A stretch of 64,000 nucleotides of DNA from Planctomycetota bacterium (GTDB lineage: Bacteria > Planctomycetota > B15-G4). Location of the stretch: the NCBI GenBank assembly GCA_038212275.1, contig JBBQUR010000012.1, positions 64,001-128,000 of the forward strand, read 5' to 3'. Numbering within the stretch: position 1 is the first letter of the stretch; every line of letters starts with the position of its first letter. Both the position numbers and the translations under genes were made by a program. Below are positions 29,279 through 39,677 of the stretch, in pieces. The notes beneath the pieces are model-generated. The model worked only from the letters and a program-made list of their open reading frames with translations, had not been told where the DNA came from and did no database searches.

Positions 29279-32269
29279 ATGGTTGGCACATCGGGGAAGG
29301 CTCGTCGCACGTCGCGAACGATGGTCGCGTGCGTCGTCGCGGTCGCGCTCCTGTGCATCGGGCTGGCGTGGTGGATGAGCGGCGACGCGCCGACGGACCT
29401 CGGGCGTTCGTCACCACTGCGCTCCGCGGAACGCGCAGCGGATCATGCCGACCTGCCCTTCACTGACGCCGGGCAGCACGCGCCGGAGTCGGCGACGGGA
29501 TCGCTGCCGAAGCTGTCTCCGGCGCCGACGCAGGCCTTGACCGCAAGCTCCGGGTCGGCGGCGCCCTGGGCCCGGCTGATCGGGCGCGTGCTGCGTCCGG
29601 ATGGCACGCCGGCCGCGGATGTGAACGTCGTGCATCCGTTGCAGCCGGGCGTGAACCTCGCCGGGCAACTTCGTGACAACCCTCCGCGCACGGCAGCCGA
29701 CGGCAGTTTCGAGATCGGGATCGGCCAGACCGGCACCGCGCCGGGTGCATCGCTCATGCTGCTCGACGGGCCGCCGGCCTCACGCGTTCTGGTGCACGTG
29801 CCGGCACCGCACGCAGGCGACAACGACCTCGGTGACGTCGTCCTCGCGGACGGCGCCGGACTCTCCGGCCGCATCGTGGACCCGGACGGGCTGCCGGTGG
29901 CTCGCGCCTACGTGACGGTGCGCGCTCCGAGCGACCGCGACAACGGGGGCGAGCTCTTCGACGGGAACCCCGACGACGTCGCCTGGCAGAACCTCGCGGC
30001 GGCGTTCACCTCCGACGACGGCCGCTTCCTCCTCACAGGCCTGCCCGCCGCCGAGATGGAACTGTACGCCCGTGCCGACGGATTTCAGGAATACACGCTA
30101 CGCGGCCTCGCTCCGCGACGCGCGGAGCTCACGGAGCTGGGCGACCTCGCGCTGAGCGAGGGCCGCGTGCTGTCGGGCGTGCTGCTCGACGCGGACGGCG
30201 CGCCGGTCGCGGGCCGGCAGGTCATGGCGTGGGCCGAGCGGTCCTTCCCGCGCGGCTCCACCGAGGCGCGCGTCGACCTGGGCCGGACGTCGGGTTTCAC
30301 GCTGAGCGACGCGCTGGGCGGCTTCCGCATCGCGGGTCTGCAGCCCGGCGTGTACGAGCTGGACGCGTGGGCCGAGGGCCACGCCTTCACGCGCCTGCAC
30401 GACGTGGCCGACGAGCAGCGCGATGTCGTGCTGCGCCTGCGGCGTGCGGGTCGCGTGCTGCTCACGCTGCGCGACGCACGCACGCAGGCGCCGCTCGGCG
30501 CTGCAGAGGTCGAGGCGAGCATGGCGCCGCGCACCGGAGGTGGATACTCGTCCGACAACGCGTACGTCGTCACCGCCGGTGCCGACGCGGGCTTCGCCGA
30601 AGGCATGTATGTGGTGGACGGCCTGGGCGATGACACCACGATCCTCAGCGTGAGCAGGGAGGGCTACTCGCCTTCGAGCGCGACGATCGAAGGCCTCGCT
30701 CCGGGCCAGCAGCGCGAACTGCTGCTCGACCTCGCGCCGCGCGTCGTGCTCTCCGGAGTCGTGCAGGACCAGTTCGAGCAGCCGGTCGCCGGAGCGATGG
30801 TCCAGGCCGGAGCGCACGCCGGGCCCGCGACAGGCACTCCGACACGCATGCGCCGTCCCCCGGAAGACGGCCGGTTCCGCTTCGACGATCTGGCTATCGG
30901 GAGCTGGCAGGTGTGGGCGTACGCGCCAGGGCACGGCAAGGCCGACAACTACGCGGTCGAGATTCCGCCGGAGGGGCTCTCCGACGTGATCGTGTTCCTG
31001 CCGGTGCTGGGCCGTGCGGCGGGGCTCGTCACGGCGAGCGACGGCACGGCCATGCCCGGAGCGAGCGTCGTCGCGGCGGAGGTGGAGGCGATGCCCTTGC
31101 GCGGCGCGCCGCCGCACGCGGGCCGCATCGTCATCGGCCCGAGAGACTCGCATGAGAAGGGCGCGGCGGCCACGTGCGATGCCGACGGCCGCTTCGTTGT
31201 CGACGGCCTCTGGCCCGGCACGTGGTTGATGGCCGCCACGCTCGGGCCGCCGGCGGAGGCCAGGGCGCGGCTGGCGTCGCTCGCGGCAGCCGAAGCGGCA
31301 GCGCTTGCCTCACCGGGCCGGCCACTCGCGGTGGTGGGCGCCGACGTGCGCCGCGTCACCATCGTGGATGGCGAGGCGACGAGCGCAGACCTCGTGGTGC
31401 CGGTGCCCGCGCAGCTCCGCGGCCGCGCGCTGTCGGACGGCCGGCCGATCGCCGGCGCGCGCGTCGTGCTCGGTGCGTTGAATGGCGACAGCGCCACCGT
31501 CCTCGCGTCCACCGACACCGATGCCGACGGAGGTTTTGAGTTCTCGCCGGTCGCGCCCGGGCAGTGCGTCGTGATGGCCTCCAGCCCGGACGAGATCGTT
31601 CCGCGCGGGCGCCGCGTGGCGCTGCACGACGGCGAGCAGGCCTACGTCGAGCTCTCGTTCCACGGACCCACATTGCACGGCGTCGTCGTCGACGAGTCGA
31701 GCGGGCGCCCCGTCGGCGACGTGGACGTGAGCGCCTACGCCAGCAAGCTGTACGCGGGCGACGGCCTCACGCTGGCCGACCTCGATCAGAAGGCGATGCA
31801 GGTGCTCAGCTCGGCCGGCCTCCGAGGCACGACGTTCCGCGCCGACGCTCAGGGCCGCTTCGAGATCCCGCACCTCCCGCCCGGCCAGTGGGTCTGCTTC
31901 GCAGAGGGTGACCGATGGCTCCCGGCGGACAACGTCCGCGTCGAGCTGCCGGACGACTGGACACCCGATTCCATCAAGCTGCCGGTCACGGCCGGCGCGC
32001 TCGTGCAGGGCAGCATCCGCTACGCCTTCGGAGGCGGGTGGCCGCCCTCCGTGGAGGTGCAGCTCTACGCTCCGGAACGCGACGGCATCGTGAAGCTCGA
32101 CCATCCGCGAGACGGTCACTACCTCATCGGCGGCGTGACGCCCGGCACCTACGAGTTGCGTCTGCGCGACCTGCAGCCGGGGAAGAATGCGCCGTACGTC
32201 GTGGCCGTGCCGGTCACGCTGGCCGCCGGCGCGGTCGTCACGGTGGACCTGATTTACGAAGACTCGTGA
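29279..32269 (+). CDS. Exported protein with multiple carboxypeptidase-regulatory-like beta-sandwich repeats
   Basis: N-terminal TM segment; repeated GRV.D.DG.PVAGA.V ... DG.F...L.PG.Y. Confidence 0.85.
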   Translation: MVGTSGKARRTSRTMVACVVAVALLCIGLAWWMSGDAPTDLGRSSPLRSAERAADHADLPFTDAGQHAPESATGSLPKLSPAPTQALTASSGSAAPWARLIGRVLRPDGTPAADVNVVHPLQPGVNLAGQLRDNPPRTAADGSFEIGIGQTGTAPGASLMLLDGPPASRVLVHVPAPHAGDNDLGDVVLADGAGLSGRIVDPDGLPVARAYVTVRAPSDRDNGGELFDGNPDDVAWQNLAAAFTSDDGRFLLTGLPAAEMELYARADGFQEYTLRGLAPRRAELTELGDLALSEGRVLSGVLLDADGAPVAGRQVMAWAERSFPRGSTEARVDLGRTSGFTLSDALGGFRIAGLQPGVYELDAWAEGHAFTRLHDVADEQRDVVLRLRRAGRVLLTLRDARTQAPLGAAEVEASMAPRTGGGYSSDNAYVVTAGADAGFAEGMYVVDGLGDDTTILSVSREGYSPSSATIEGLAPGQQRELLLDLAPRVVLSGVVQDQFEQPVAGAMVQAGAHAGPATGTPTRMRRPPEDGRFRFDDLAIGSWQVWAYAPGHGKADNYAVEIPPEGLSDVIVFLPVLGRAAGLVTASDGTAMPGASVVAAEVEAMPLRGAPPHAGRIVIGPRDSHEKGAAATCDADGRFVVDGLWPGTWLMAATLGPPAEARARLASLAAAEAAALASPGRPLAVVGADVRRVTIVDGEATSADLVVPVPAQLRGRALSDGRPIAGARVVLGALNGDSATVLASTDTDADGGFEFSPVAPGQCVVMASSPDEIVPRGRRVALHDGEQAYVELSFHGPTLHGVVVDESSGRPVGDVDVSAYASKLYAGDGLTLADLDQKAMQVLSSAGLRGTTFRADAQGRFEIPHLPPGQWVCFAEGDRWLPADNVRVELPDDWTPDSIKLPVTAGALVQGSIRYAFGGGWPPSVEVQLYAPERDGIVKLDHPRDGHYLIGGVTPGTYELRLRDLQPGKNAPYVVAVPVTLAAGAVVTVDLIYEDS

Positions 32270-32311
32270 AGGCGCGCCGCGGCGTGCGGTGCGCGCCCGC
32301 AGCGTGAGGCC

Positions 32312-34033
32312 TCACGGCGTGATCTCGAGTTCCGCCACCGGAGTCCAGCGCGCGGCGAGGCTCGCGCCGTCGGCCTCGCCGCGCGGGATGGCCAGCGTCT
32401 GCACGAAGGCGCGGCCGGGCGACAGCGGGGGCACGGGCAGGCGCGCCACGCCGTCGTCTCCCGCGACGAGCAGCGGCTGCACGGGCACGGTGGTCGCGGC
32501 ATCCAGCCACCAGGCGCCGCGCAGCGACCAGTCCGGCACCTCGCGCAGCGTCGTGGCGACGAAGACCTGGTAGCGGTCACCCGGCCGCCCGCGGATGGTG
32601 AGCGCACGCGGCTGGCCCGGCTCCGAGACAAGCCGCACCTGCGGTGAAAAGCGCGCCAGCGCACCGGCCCGCAGGGCGCAGCCTCGCGCCGCCTGCACGA
32701 CGACATCGGACAGGCCTGCGGCATTGGTCATCAGCGTGCCTTGCACCGTGTCGGGCGTGATGGCGTGCAGGTCGAGCAGCGGCGCGCCGCCGACGATCAC
32801 GGCCGGCAGCGGTTGCGAGTCCGACCAGCCCGAGAGCGTGATCGTCAGCGGTTCATCGCCGAAGATGCTCGCGACGTCGGGTGTCACGGAGACGATCGTC
32901 ATGCCGCCGGACGGGTCGGCCGCGAGCGCCACGGCGAGGGGGGAAGGCAGTGCCGGCGCGCTGCCGGGCACCACGGAGCCGTCGGGCTCGGTACGCAGCA
33001 ACTCCGCGATCACGGCGTCCGCGATCGGCGGCGCCAGCGCGGCCGTGGCTTCCGGCGAAGGGTGCACGTAATCCACGAAAAAGTTCGCGAGGTCCCGGTG
33101 CGTGGCCTCCAGCAGCGCCTGCCCGTCCAGCGCCGGGACGCCGGCGGCGCGCGCCGCGGCCAGCACCGCCTCGGCGTCCTCCGCCACGCGCGGATGTTCG
33201 TCGATCGTCTTGAGCGGGTGCGGCGCCGACATGACCACGCAGCGCGCCCCGGCTGCAGCACAGGCCGCGATCATCGCGGACACGTTGGCGCCGACGTCCC
33301 CGGCACTCACGCGGAAGCCTCGCGGCGGGCTGCCCGCCATCCAGCCGTCCATGATCTCCTTGAGCGGCACGCCTTCGAGCTTGCGCAGCACCGCGGCGCC
33401 GACGCGCGTGTGCATGCGCAACCAGTCCAGCGGCGTGGGGTCGGACAGCTCGGCGAGCAGCTCGCGGTCGGGGCGACGCAGCGCCGGCGCCTGGTCGTTC
33501 CACGCGGCGGGGTAGAGCACCACCGCATCGGGATGCAGCGTGTCGAGCGCCTCCTGCAGCAGCAGTTGCAACTGCACGGTGGAGTAGCCGGGCACGCCGA
33601 GGCTCAGCACCGCGACGCGATCGGCGGTGAGCCCGCGCGCGGTGAGCGCATCCTGCACGCGCGTGCCGAGCATGTTGGCGGCATCCACCGAGGCGCCGTA
33701 GACGCACGAGTCCCCGACGAGCACGACGCGCAGCAGCGTCGGCGGCGCGGGTTCCGGGGGGCGGCCGCGGAAGGCCCAGCTGCCGGTCGCGTCGCGGCCC
33801 AGGTGCTCGGGGCCGTGGCGGTGATCGGCGGCGAGGGTGTAGAAACGCCCGGCGTGCGTGACGTAGCGGCCCTCGGGGTCCTCGGCGACGGCGCGCGTCA
33901 CGCGCTTGAATTGGAACTCGCGCGGATCCCGCACGAGGCCGCTGGCCCACAGGCCCAGCTCGGCCATGGCCAGCAGGACGAGCAGCAACCCGGAGAAGAG
34001 CAGGGTGCGCGCAATCCACGGACGCCGGAGCAT
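32312..34033 (-). CDS. SGNH/GDSL hydrolase with IPT/TIG-like and C-terminal domains
   Basis: N-terminal TM segment; VGDSCVYG, GVPGYS, AWND, DYVHP. Confidence 0.85.
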   Translation of the reverse strand: MLRRPWIARTLLFSGLLLVLLAMAELGLWASGLVRDPREFQFKRVTRAVAEDPEGRYVTHAGRFYTLAADHRHGPEHLGRDATGSWAFRGRPPEPAPPTLLRVVLVGDSCVYGASVDAANMLGTRVQDALTARGLTADRVAVLSLGVPGYSTVQLQLLLQEALDTLHPDAVVLYPAAWNDQAPALRRPDRELLAELSDPTPLDWLRMHTRVGAAVLRKLEGVPLKEIMDGWMAGSPPRGFRVSAGDVGANVSAMIAACAAAGARCVVMSAPHPLKTIDEHPRVAEDAEAVLAAARAAGVPALDGQALLEATHRDLANFFVDYVHPSPEATAALAPPIADAVIAELLRTEPDGSVVPGSAPALPSPLAVALAADPSGGMTIVSVTPDVASIFGDEPLTITLSGWSDSQPLPAVIVGGAPLLDLHAITPDTVQGTLMTNAAGLSDVVVQAARGCALRAGALARFSPQVRLVSEPGQPRALTIRGRPGDRYQVFVATTLREVPDWSLRGAWWLDAATTVPVQPLLVAGDDGVARLPVPPLSPGRAFVQTLAIPRGEADGASLAARWTPVAELEITP

Positions 34034-34223
34034 GCCGCGCGACCCTAGCACAGGGAGGCGACCGCCGAAGGGACGAGTCGTCGGCGATCGGGCCGCATGC
34101 CCTCGTCTTGATCGTCGTCGCGGCGCGGCCCAGAATGCGCCGCCCGGCGGTGGCCGATGCGGAAGGGAGCGCGCAGCGCGGCCCGCGCATGCTCCGCCGG
34201 CCGGGCCAGCCCCCGGAGCCGAC

Positions 34224-35648
34224 GTGCCCGCGACCTCGATGGAACAGATCGTCAACCTCGCCAAGCGGCGCGGCTTCGTGTTTCCCGCCAGCGAGATCTA
34301 CGGCGGCCTGAGCTCCTGCTGGGACTACGGCCCGCTCGGCGTGGAACTCAAGCGCAACGTGAAGGATGCCTGGTGGCGTTCGATGGTCTCCACGCGCCGC
34401 GACGTCGTGGGCCTCGACAGCGCCGTGCTGCAGCACCCGCAGGTCTGGCGCACATCCGGCCACGTCGACAACTTCAGCGACCCGCTCGTGGACTGCCGCA
34501 AGTGCAAGGCACGCTTCCGCGCCGATGACCTCGAGAACGCGAAGTGCAGCCAGCGCCACGACGCGCCGATCAACGACGAGTGCAAGTCGAACTTCACCGC
34601 GCCGCGCGCCTTCAACCTGATGTTCAGCACGCACCTCGGGCCGGTGGAGGGTGAGGGAAGCCTGGCCTATCTGCGCCCCGAGACCGCGCAGGGCATCTTC
34701 ACGAACTACCTGAACGTGCAGACCACCGCGCGCCTCAAGCCGCCTTTCGGCGTGGCGCAGATCGGCAAGTCCTTCCGCAACGAGATCACGCCCGGCAACT
34801 TCATCTTCCGCACGCGCGAATTCGAGCAGATGGAGATGGAGTACTTCGTGCCGCCCGCGGACTGGGAACGCTGGTTCGACTACTGGCGCGACGCGCGTTT
34901 CCAGTGGTACGTGGACCTCGGCGTGAACCCGGACAATCTGCGTCGCCGTGATCACGAGAGCACGGAACTCGCGCACTACAGCAACGCGACGACGGACATC
35001 GAGTACCGGTTTCCGATCGGCTGGAAGGAGCTCGAAGGGGTCGCGTCGCGCACGGACTTCGACCTCAAGCGGCACAGCGAAGCCTCGGGCAAGCAGCTCG
35101 AATACTTCGACGGGCAGACGCGCGAGCGCTTCATGCCCTGGGTCATCGAGCCCGCGGCCGGCGTGGACCGCGCCCTGCTGGCCTTCCTCGCCGACGCCTT
35201 CGAGGAGCAGAACGTGGCCGGCGCGGAGAAGGCGACCTCCGAAAAGGCGAGCTCCGACAAGCCCGGTGCCGACAAGGCCAGCGCCGACAAGACCGAAGGC
35301 GGCAAGGACGAGGAAGACATCCGTACGGTGCTGCACCTGCATCCGCGCCTCGCTCCGATCAAGGTGGCCATCTTCCCGCTGGTGAAGAAGGAAGGCATGC
35401 CGGAGTTCGCGAACAAGCTGGAAGAGGAGCTGCGCCGGCACGGCGTGTCCACCTTCTACGACCAGTCCGGCGCCATCGGGCGGCGCTACCGCCGGCAGGA
35501 CGAGATCGGCACGCCGTGGTGCGTGACCGTGGATGGCGAGTCCGCCGCCAACGGCAGCGTCACGCTGCGCGATCGCGACAGCATGAAGCAGGAGCGCATC
35601 GCCGCAACATCGCTCGCCGCCCTCGTGGCGGAGAAGCTGACCGGATGA
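34224..35648 (+). CDS. glyQS: Glycine--tRNA ligase (homodimeric type)
   Basis: EIYGGL..WDYGPLG, YLRPETAQGIF, FRNEITP, FRTREFEQME, IGRRYRRQDEIGTP; RBS GGAG before GTG. Confidence 0.97.
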   Translation: MPATSMEQIVNLAKRRGFVFPASEIYGGLSSCWDYGPLGVELKRNVKDAWWRSMVSTRRDVVGLDSAVLQHPQVWRTSGHVDNFSDPLVDCRKCKARFRADDLENAKCSQRHDAPINDECKSNFTAPRAFNLMFSTHLGPVEGEGSLAYLRPETAQGIFTNYLNVQTTARLKPPFGVAQIGKSFRNEITPGNFIFRTREFEQMEMEYFVPPADWERWFDYWRDARFQWYVDLGVNPDNLRRRDHESTELAHYSNATTDIEYRFPIGWKELEGVASRTDFDLKRHSEASGKQLEYFDGQTRERFMPWVIEPAAGVDRALLAFLADAFEEQNVAGAEKATSEKASSDKPGADKASADKTEGGKDEEDIRTVLHLHPRLAPIKVAIFPLVKKEGMPEFANKLEEELRRHGVSTFYDQSGAIGRRYRRQDEIGTPWCVTVDGESAANGSVTLRDRDSMKQERIAATSLAALVAEKLTG

Positions 35649-35723
35649 GCGCACGACGATGACTCGGCGGGCCAGCCGCGGACTGCGCGCAGCGTGGCGG
35701 CGCCCGGCGCCGGGCGGTGCCGC

Positions 35724-37514
35724 GTGAAGGCACGACGGGCGCGTGGCGGCGGCAAGCTGGTCGTCACGGGGCAACCCATGGCGCCGGGGCTCGCCGTCGG
35801 CACGCCGCTCTTCCACGGCGAGCTGGACGTGGACATCCCCGTCCGCACGATCCGCGAGGCGGACGTGCCGGCCGAGCATCGGCGCTTGCGCGAGGCGATG
35901 GCAGTGGCCCGCACGCAACTGGCCGAGGTCGAGCGCCGCATCGAAGAGCAGGTCGGCGCAAGCGACGCGCGCATCTTCTCGGTGCAGGGGCTGTTGCTCG
36001 AAGACCCGTCCTTCGGGACCGGCATCGAGGAGCGCATCAGCGAGGGCCTCGTCAACGCCGAGGTCGCCGTGCGCGACGAGGTCACCTCGTGGAGCGCCCG
36101 CCTCAAGGCTGTCTCGGCCGGTGATGGCCGCGACGCCGGCACCGACCTGCGGGACGTGGGGCGCCAGCTGCTGCGCGTGCTCGTCGGCCACAACGCCGCC
36201 GTGACGCTCGGTGACGGCACGGAGCGCGTGGTGCTGGTGACGCGCGAGCTGCTGCCGAGCGATGCGGCCGTCATGGACCGCGCGCGCCTCGCGGCCATCG
36301 TCACGGCGAGCGGCGGCGCGGCGAGTCACGCGGCCATCCTCGCGCGCAGCCTCGGCATTCCCGCCGTCACGGGAGTGGACGTCATGGCGCTGCCTGCGCG
36401 CGGCGGCCACTGGATCGTGGATGGCAGCGCGGGGCTGGTCATCGTCAACCCGACGACGGCCGACCTGGACCTCGCGGCGCAGAAGAGCCAGGACTACCAG
36501 CAGTTCCGTCACGAGCTCATGGCGCAGGCACGCGGCTTCGCGTGCACGGCCGACGGCGTGGCCATCGAGCTGCTGCTCAACGTGGAGAACTTCGAGGAGC
36601 TGCCCGCGGAGCTGCTCGACGACCTGCGCGGCGTCGGCCTCTACCGCACCGAATTTCTCTTCATGCACCGGCCGTCCTTCCCCAGCGAGGAAGAGCAGTT
36701 CCGGCACTACGTCAACGCGCTGAAGCGTGTCGGCGACAGCGAGATCACCTTCCGCACCATCGACGTCGGCGGCGACAAGCCGCTGCCCTATCTCTCCGTC
36801 CCGAGCGAGCCCAATCCCGTGCTCGGCTGGCGCGGCATCCGGCTGTCGCTCGAGTGGCCGGACATGTTCTACAGCCAGATGCGCGCGCTGCTGCGGGCCT
36901 CGGCCCACGGGCACATCCGCATCCTGCTGCCGATGATCACGATGGTGGAGGAGTTCCGCCGCGCGCGCGCGATCATGTCCGAGATCCAGTCCGACCTGCG
37001 CCGGCGCGGCGTGCCCTTCGATACGGACGTGCCGCTCGGCGCGATGGTGGAGGTGCCGGCCGCGGCCCTCGCGGCGCGCAGCCTCGCCGAGGAGGCCGAC
37101 TTCCTCTCCATCGGCACGAATGACCTGTCGCAGTACGCGCTGGCGGTGGACCGGAACAACGCGCGCGTCGCGTCGCTCTACCAGCCGCTGCACCCGGGCA
37201 TCCTCAACCTCGTGCGCATGGTCGTGCAGGCTGCGGACGCGACGGGGACGCCGGTCTCGCTCTGCGGCGAGATGGCCGGCGACGCGGAGGCCACGCTGCT
37301 GCTGCTCGGCATCGGGCTGCGATCGTTCAGCATGTCGCCCTATCACCTGCCCGTGGTGAAGCGCGTCATCGGCGTCGTCTCGCTGGACGAGGCGCACGCC
37401 GTCGCGCACGAGGTCATGGAGCTGGGCAGCACCACCGAGGTCCGCGCGACGCTGCGACGGCACACGCTGCGGCTCGTCCCCGAACTGGCCGCGTGGCTCG
37501 CGCCGGAACGTTGA
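35724..37514 (+). CDS. ptsI: Phosphoenolpyruvate-protein phosphotransferase (PTS enzyme I); start uncertain
   Basis: SHAAILAR (phospho-His), GLYRTEF, DVGGDK, NPVLGWRGIR, SIGTNDL, CGEMAG. Confidence 0.93.
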   Translation: MKARRARGGGKLVVTGQPMAPGLAVGTPLFHGELDVDIPVRTIREADVPAEHRRLREAMAVARTQLAEVERRIEEQVGASDARIFSVQGLLLEDPSFGTGIEERISEGLVNAEVAVRDEVTSWSARLKAVSAGDGRDAGTDLRDVGRQLLRVLVGHNAAVTLGDGTERVVLVTRELLPSDAAVMDRARLAAIVTASGGAASHAAILARSLGIPAVTGVDVMALPARGGHWIVDGSAGLVIVNPTTADLDLAAQKSQDYQQFRHELMAQARGFACTADGVAIELLLNVENFEELPAELLDDLRGVGLYRTEFLFMHRPSFPSEEEQFRHYVNALKRVGDSEITFRTIDVGGDKPLPYLSVPSEPNPVLGWRGIRLSLEWPDMFYSQMRALLRASAHGHIRILLPMITMVEEFRRARAIMSEIQSDLRRRGVPFDTDVPLGAMVEVPAAALAARSLAEEADFLSIGTNDLSQYALAVDRNNARVASLYQPLHPGILNLVRMVVQAADATGTPVSLCGEMAGDAEATLLLLGIGLRSFSMSPYHLPVVKRVIGVVSLDEAHAVAHEVMELGSTTEVRATLRRHTLRLVPELAAWLAPER

Positions 37515-38248
37515 GCGGCGGAGCCGGCCCCGGCACCGTTGTCCTGCTGCACGGACTCAACCGCACGCAGCTCTCCATGGCGCCGCTCGCGTGGAGGCTT
37601 CGGCGCGCGGGCTATCGCACGACCAACCTCTACTATCCGAGCCGCAGGCGCGGCATCGACGAGCACGCCGAAACGCTGCTGGCCCGACTGCGCCGCGAGC
37701 ATGTCGCCGACGACGGGCCTTTCCACTTCGTCGGCCACAGCCTGGGATGCATCGTGACGCGCGCCGCGCTGCAACGCTGCGCCCCCGACGACCTGCCGCG
37801 AAACCGTCCGGGGCGCTGCGTGATGCTCGGGCCGCCCAACCACGGCAGCGAACTGGCGCAGGCGCTCCACGGCTCGCGCTTCTGGCGCGTCGTGTACGGC
37901 GAGCGGGCCTTCCGCGAACTGGCCACGCGCGAACTCATCGAGGCCTACGGGACGCCGCCGCTGCCGTGCGGCATCATCGCCGGCGCGCGGGGCGACGGGC
38001 GCGGCTGGAATCCAGCACTTCCCGGCGACGACGACGGCGTCGTCACGCTCGATGGCACGCACCTTCCCGGCGAAGCGGATCATCTCGTGCTGCACGCGGT
38101 GCACACCGTGTTGCCGTGGAAGCGCGAGACCGCGCGGCAGGTGCTCGCCTTCCTCGCCACCGGACGCTTCGCTAGGATGCCCGCGACGACCTCGCCGCAC
38201 GCCGGGCGCGTGCCGCACGACCCTTCCGCTCCGGAGACCGAACGATGA
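37511..38248 (+). CDS. Alpha/beta hydrolase (lipase/esterase-like)
   Basis: LLHGL, GHSLG, PPNHGS, DGVV. Confidence 0.9.
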   Translation: MSGGAGPGTVVLLHGLNRTQLSMAPLAWRLRRAGYRTTNLYYPSRRRGIDEHAETLLARLRREHVADDGPFHFVGHSLGCIVTRAALQRCAPDDLPRNRPGRCVMLGPPNHGSELAQALHGSRFWRVVYGERAFRELATRELIEAYGTPPLPCGIIAGARGDGRGWNPALPGDDDGVVTLDGTHLPGEADHLVLHAVHTVLPWKRETARQVLAFLATGRFARMPATTSPHAGRVPHDPSAPETER

Positions 38249-38847
38249 TCCGTCCGACGATGCTGCTGTGCTGCGCCGCCATCCTGCCCGCGCTGCTGTC
38301 CTGCTCCGCATCGCGCGAGTCGGAGCACCCGCGTCCGACGACGATCAGCGAGAAGGCGCCGCGCTGGACCTTCGATCCGGCCTCGGGCTGGGACGAGGAG
38401 GCGCAGCCCTTCGTCTATTACGCCACGGGACGCGCGGCCATCCACCTGAACCTGGACCTGGCCGAGGAGAACGCGAAGGCCGACGCGCTGGCCGACGTGC
38501 AGTCCTTCCTGGAGACGACGATCGAGAGGCTCAACGAAGGCTGGGCCAGCGAGGCCGGCGACCTGCTCGACCGCAACGCGCTCACCTCGTACATCAACGA
38601 TGAGCAGTTCACGCGCGAGGTCATCTCCGGCTCGCTGTCCGGCGCGCGCGTCATCGGCAGGTGGAACGATGACAACTACTACTACATCTGGGTCAAGTAC
38701 AACGCCGAGGACGCCTTCCTCGGCAACTACACCAAGAGTGTCGCGAGCCGGCTCAAGGAGCAGACCCGCGAGATGACCACCGCGGATCGCGAGCGCATGC
38801 GCAAGGAACTCGAGCGGGTCGTTGCGGATCGGAACGCGCAGCAGTGA
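38245..38847 (+). CDS. LPP20-like lipoprotein
   Basis: Lipobox LLSC; PRW, YATG, AEENAKADALADV. Confidence 0.65.
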   Translation: MIRPTMLLCCAAILPALLSCSASRESEHPRPTTISEKAPRWTFDPASGWDEEAQPFVYYATGRAAIHLNLDLAEENAKADALADVQSFLETTIERLNEGWASEAGDLLDRNALTSYINDEQFTREVISGSLSGARVIGRWNDDNYYYIWVKYNAEDAFLGNYTKSVASRLKEQTREMTTADRERMRKELERVVADRNAQQ

Positions 38848-39320
38848 CCGAGGCGTGCGCCGCTCCGGCGGCGACGGGCACGCCGGCTGCGAAGGACGCG
38901 CCTGCTGTGAAGGACGCGCCGGCTGTGAAGGACGCGCCGGCTGCGACGCGGTGGCTCGTGCTCCTGCTCGGACTCGTTCTCTGCGTCTCGAGTGTCGGCT
39001 GCGCCAGCTGTCCCCCGGCCTGGGTGGACAGCCCGCCCGAGTCGGACGATGCGCTCTACGCAAGCGGCTCGTGCGGCGAGGTCTTCGTGGATGCGGACGC
39101 GCGCCAGATCGCGCTGACGCGTGCCGCGCGCCGCCTGGCTGACCGGCTGGGGCTGGACGTCGAGCCGCGCATGGCGGTCGTCTACGCGGATGGCCGGCTC
39201 TTCGTGGAAGCCGTGACGCCCGGTGGGCCGACCGACGCGCTGGACGGCCTTCAGCTGGTGGAGCAGGTCGTGTGCGACCACGTGACCTTCGTGCTCGTGC
39301 GCCTGCCGCGCCGCGGCTGA
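38844..39320 (+). CDS. LPP20-like lipoprotein with an N-terminal KDAPAV repeat
   Basis: SVGC lipobox, PPAWV, LYASGS, ARQIALTRAARRLA; 18-bp repeat near 38889-38943. Confidence 0.6.
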   Translation: MTEACAAPAATGTPAAKDAPAVKDAPAVKDAPAATRWLVLLLGLVLCVSSVGCASCPPAWVDSPPESDDALYASGSCGEVFVDADARQIALTRAARRLADRLGLDVEPRMAVVYADGRLFVEAVTPGGPTDALDGLQLVEQVVCDHVTFVLVRLPRRG

Positions 39321-39634
39321 TGGCTCCCGGAGCGCGCAGCATCCGCGGCGCGATGGGCGCCTATGCGGCGGCAGGCGTCGTCGCCGTGGCGCTGCTGGCG
39401 CTCGTCCTGTGGATCGGCGGGCCGGAGCCGGAGCGCAGTTTCGTCGCGCTGCCCGGGGACTCGCCGTGGGCCTCCGCCGCGCTTGACGATGGCCGCAGCC
39501 TGCGCACGGTGCTGCGCGGCCAGCGCATCGAGGCGCCGCCAGCGCACTACCGGGTGACCTTGCTCGACGCGGAGGGCCGCAGCGAAGAGCGCGCACTGGA
39601 GGTCAACGGGCCGCTGACCACGCTCCTGCCTTGA
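39320..39634 (+). CDS. Small hypothetical membrane-anchored protein
   Basis: TGATG coupling to the upstream gene; one TM segment. Confidence 0.55.
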   Translation: MAPGARSIRGAMGAYAAAGVVAVALLALVLWIGGPEPERSFVALPGDSPWASAALDDGRSLRTVLRGQRIEAPPAHYRVTLLDAEGRSEERALEVNGPLTTLLP

Positions 39635-39677
39635 TCGCGCGCTCGTGCAGACCGCGTTCTCGCCCCGACCACGCCTT

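Noticed and set aside
32853..37463. 1536-aa minus-strand ORF and other long alternative-frame ORFs (e.g. 23676-27068, 59131-61902, 4975-7677)
   Set aside because: Antisense or off-frame shadows of well-supported genes in GC-rich DNA; Arg/Ala-rich and without recognisable motifs
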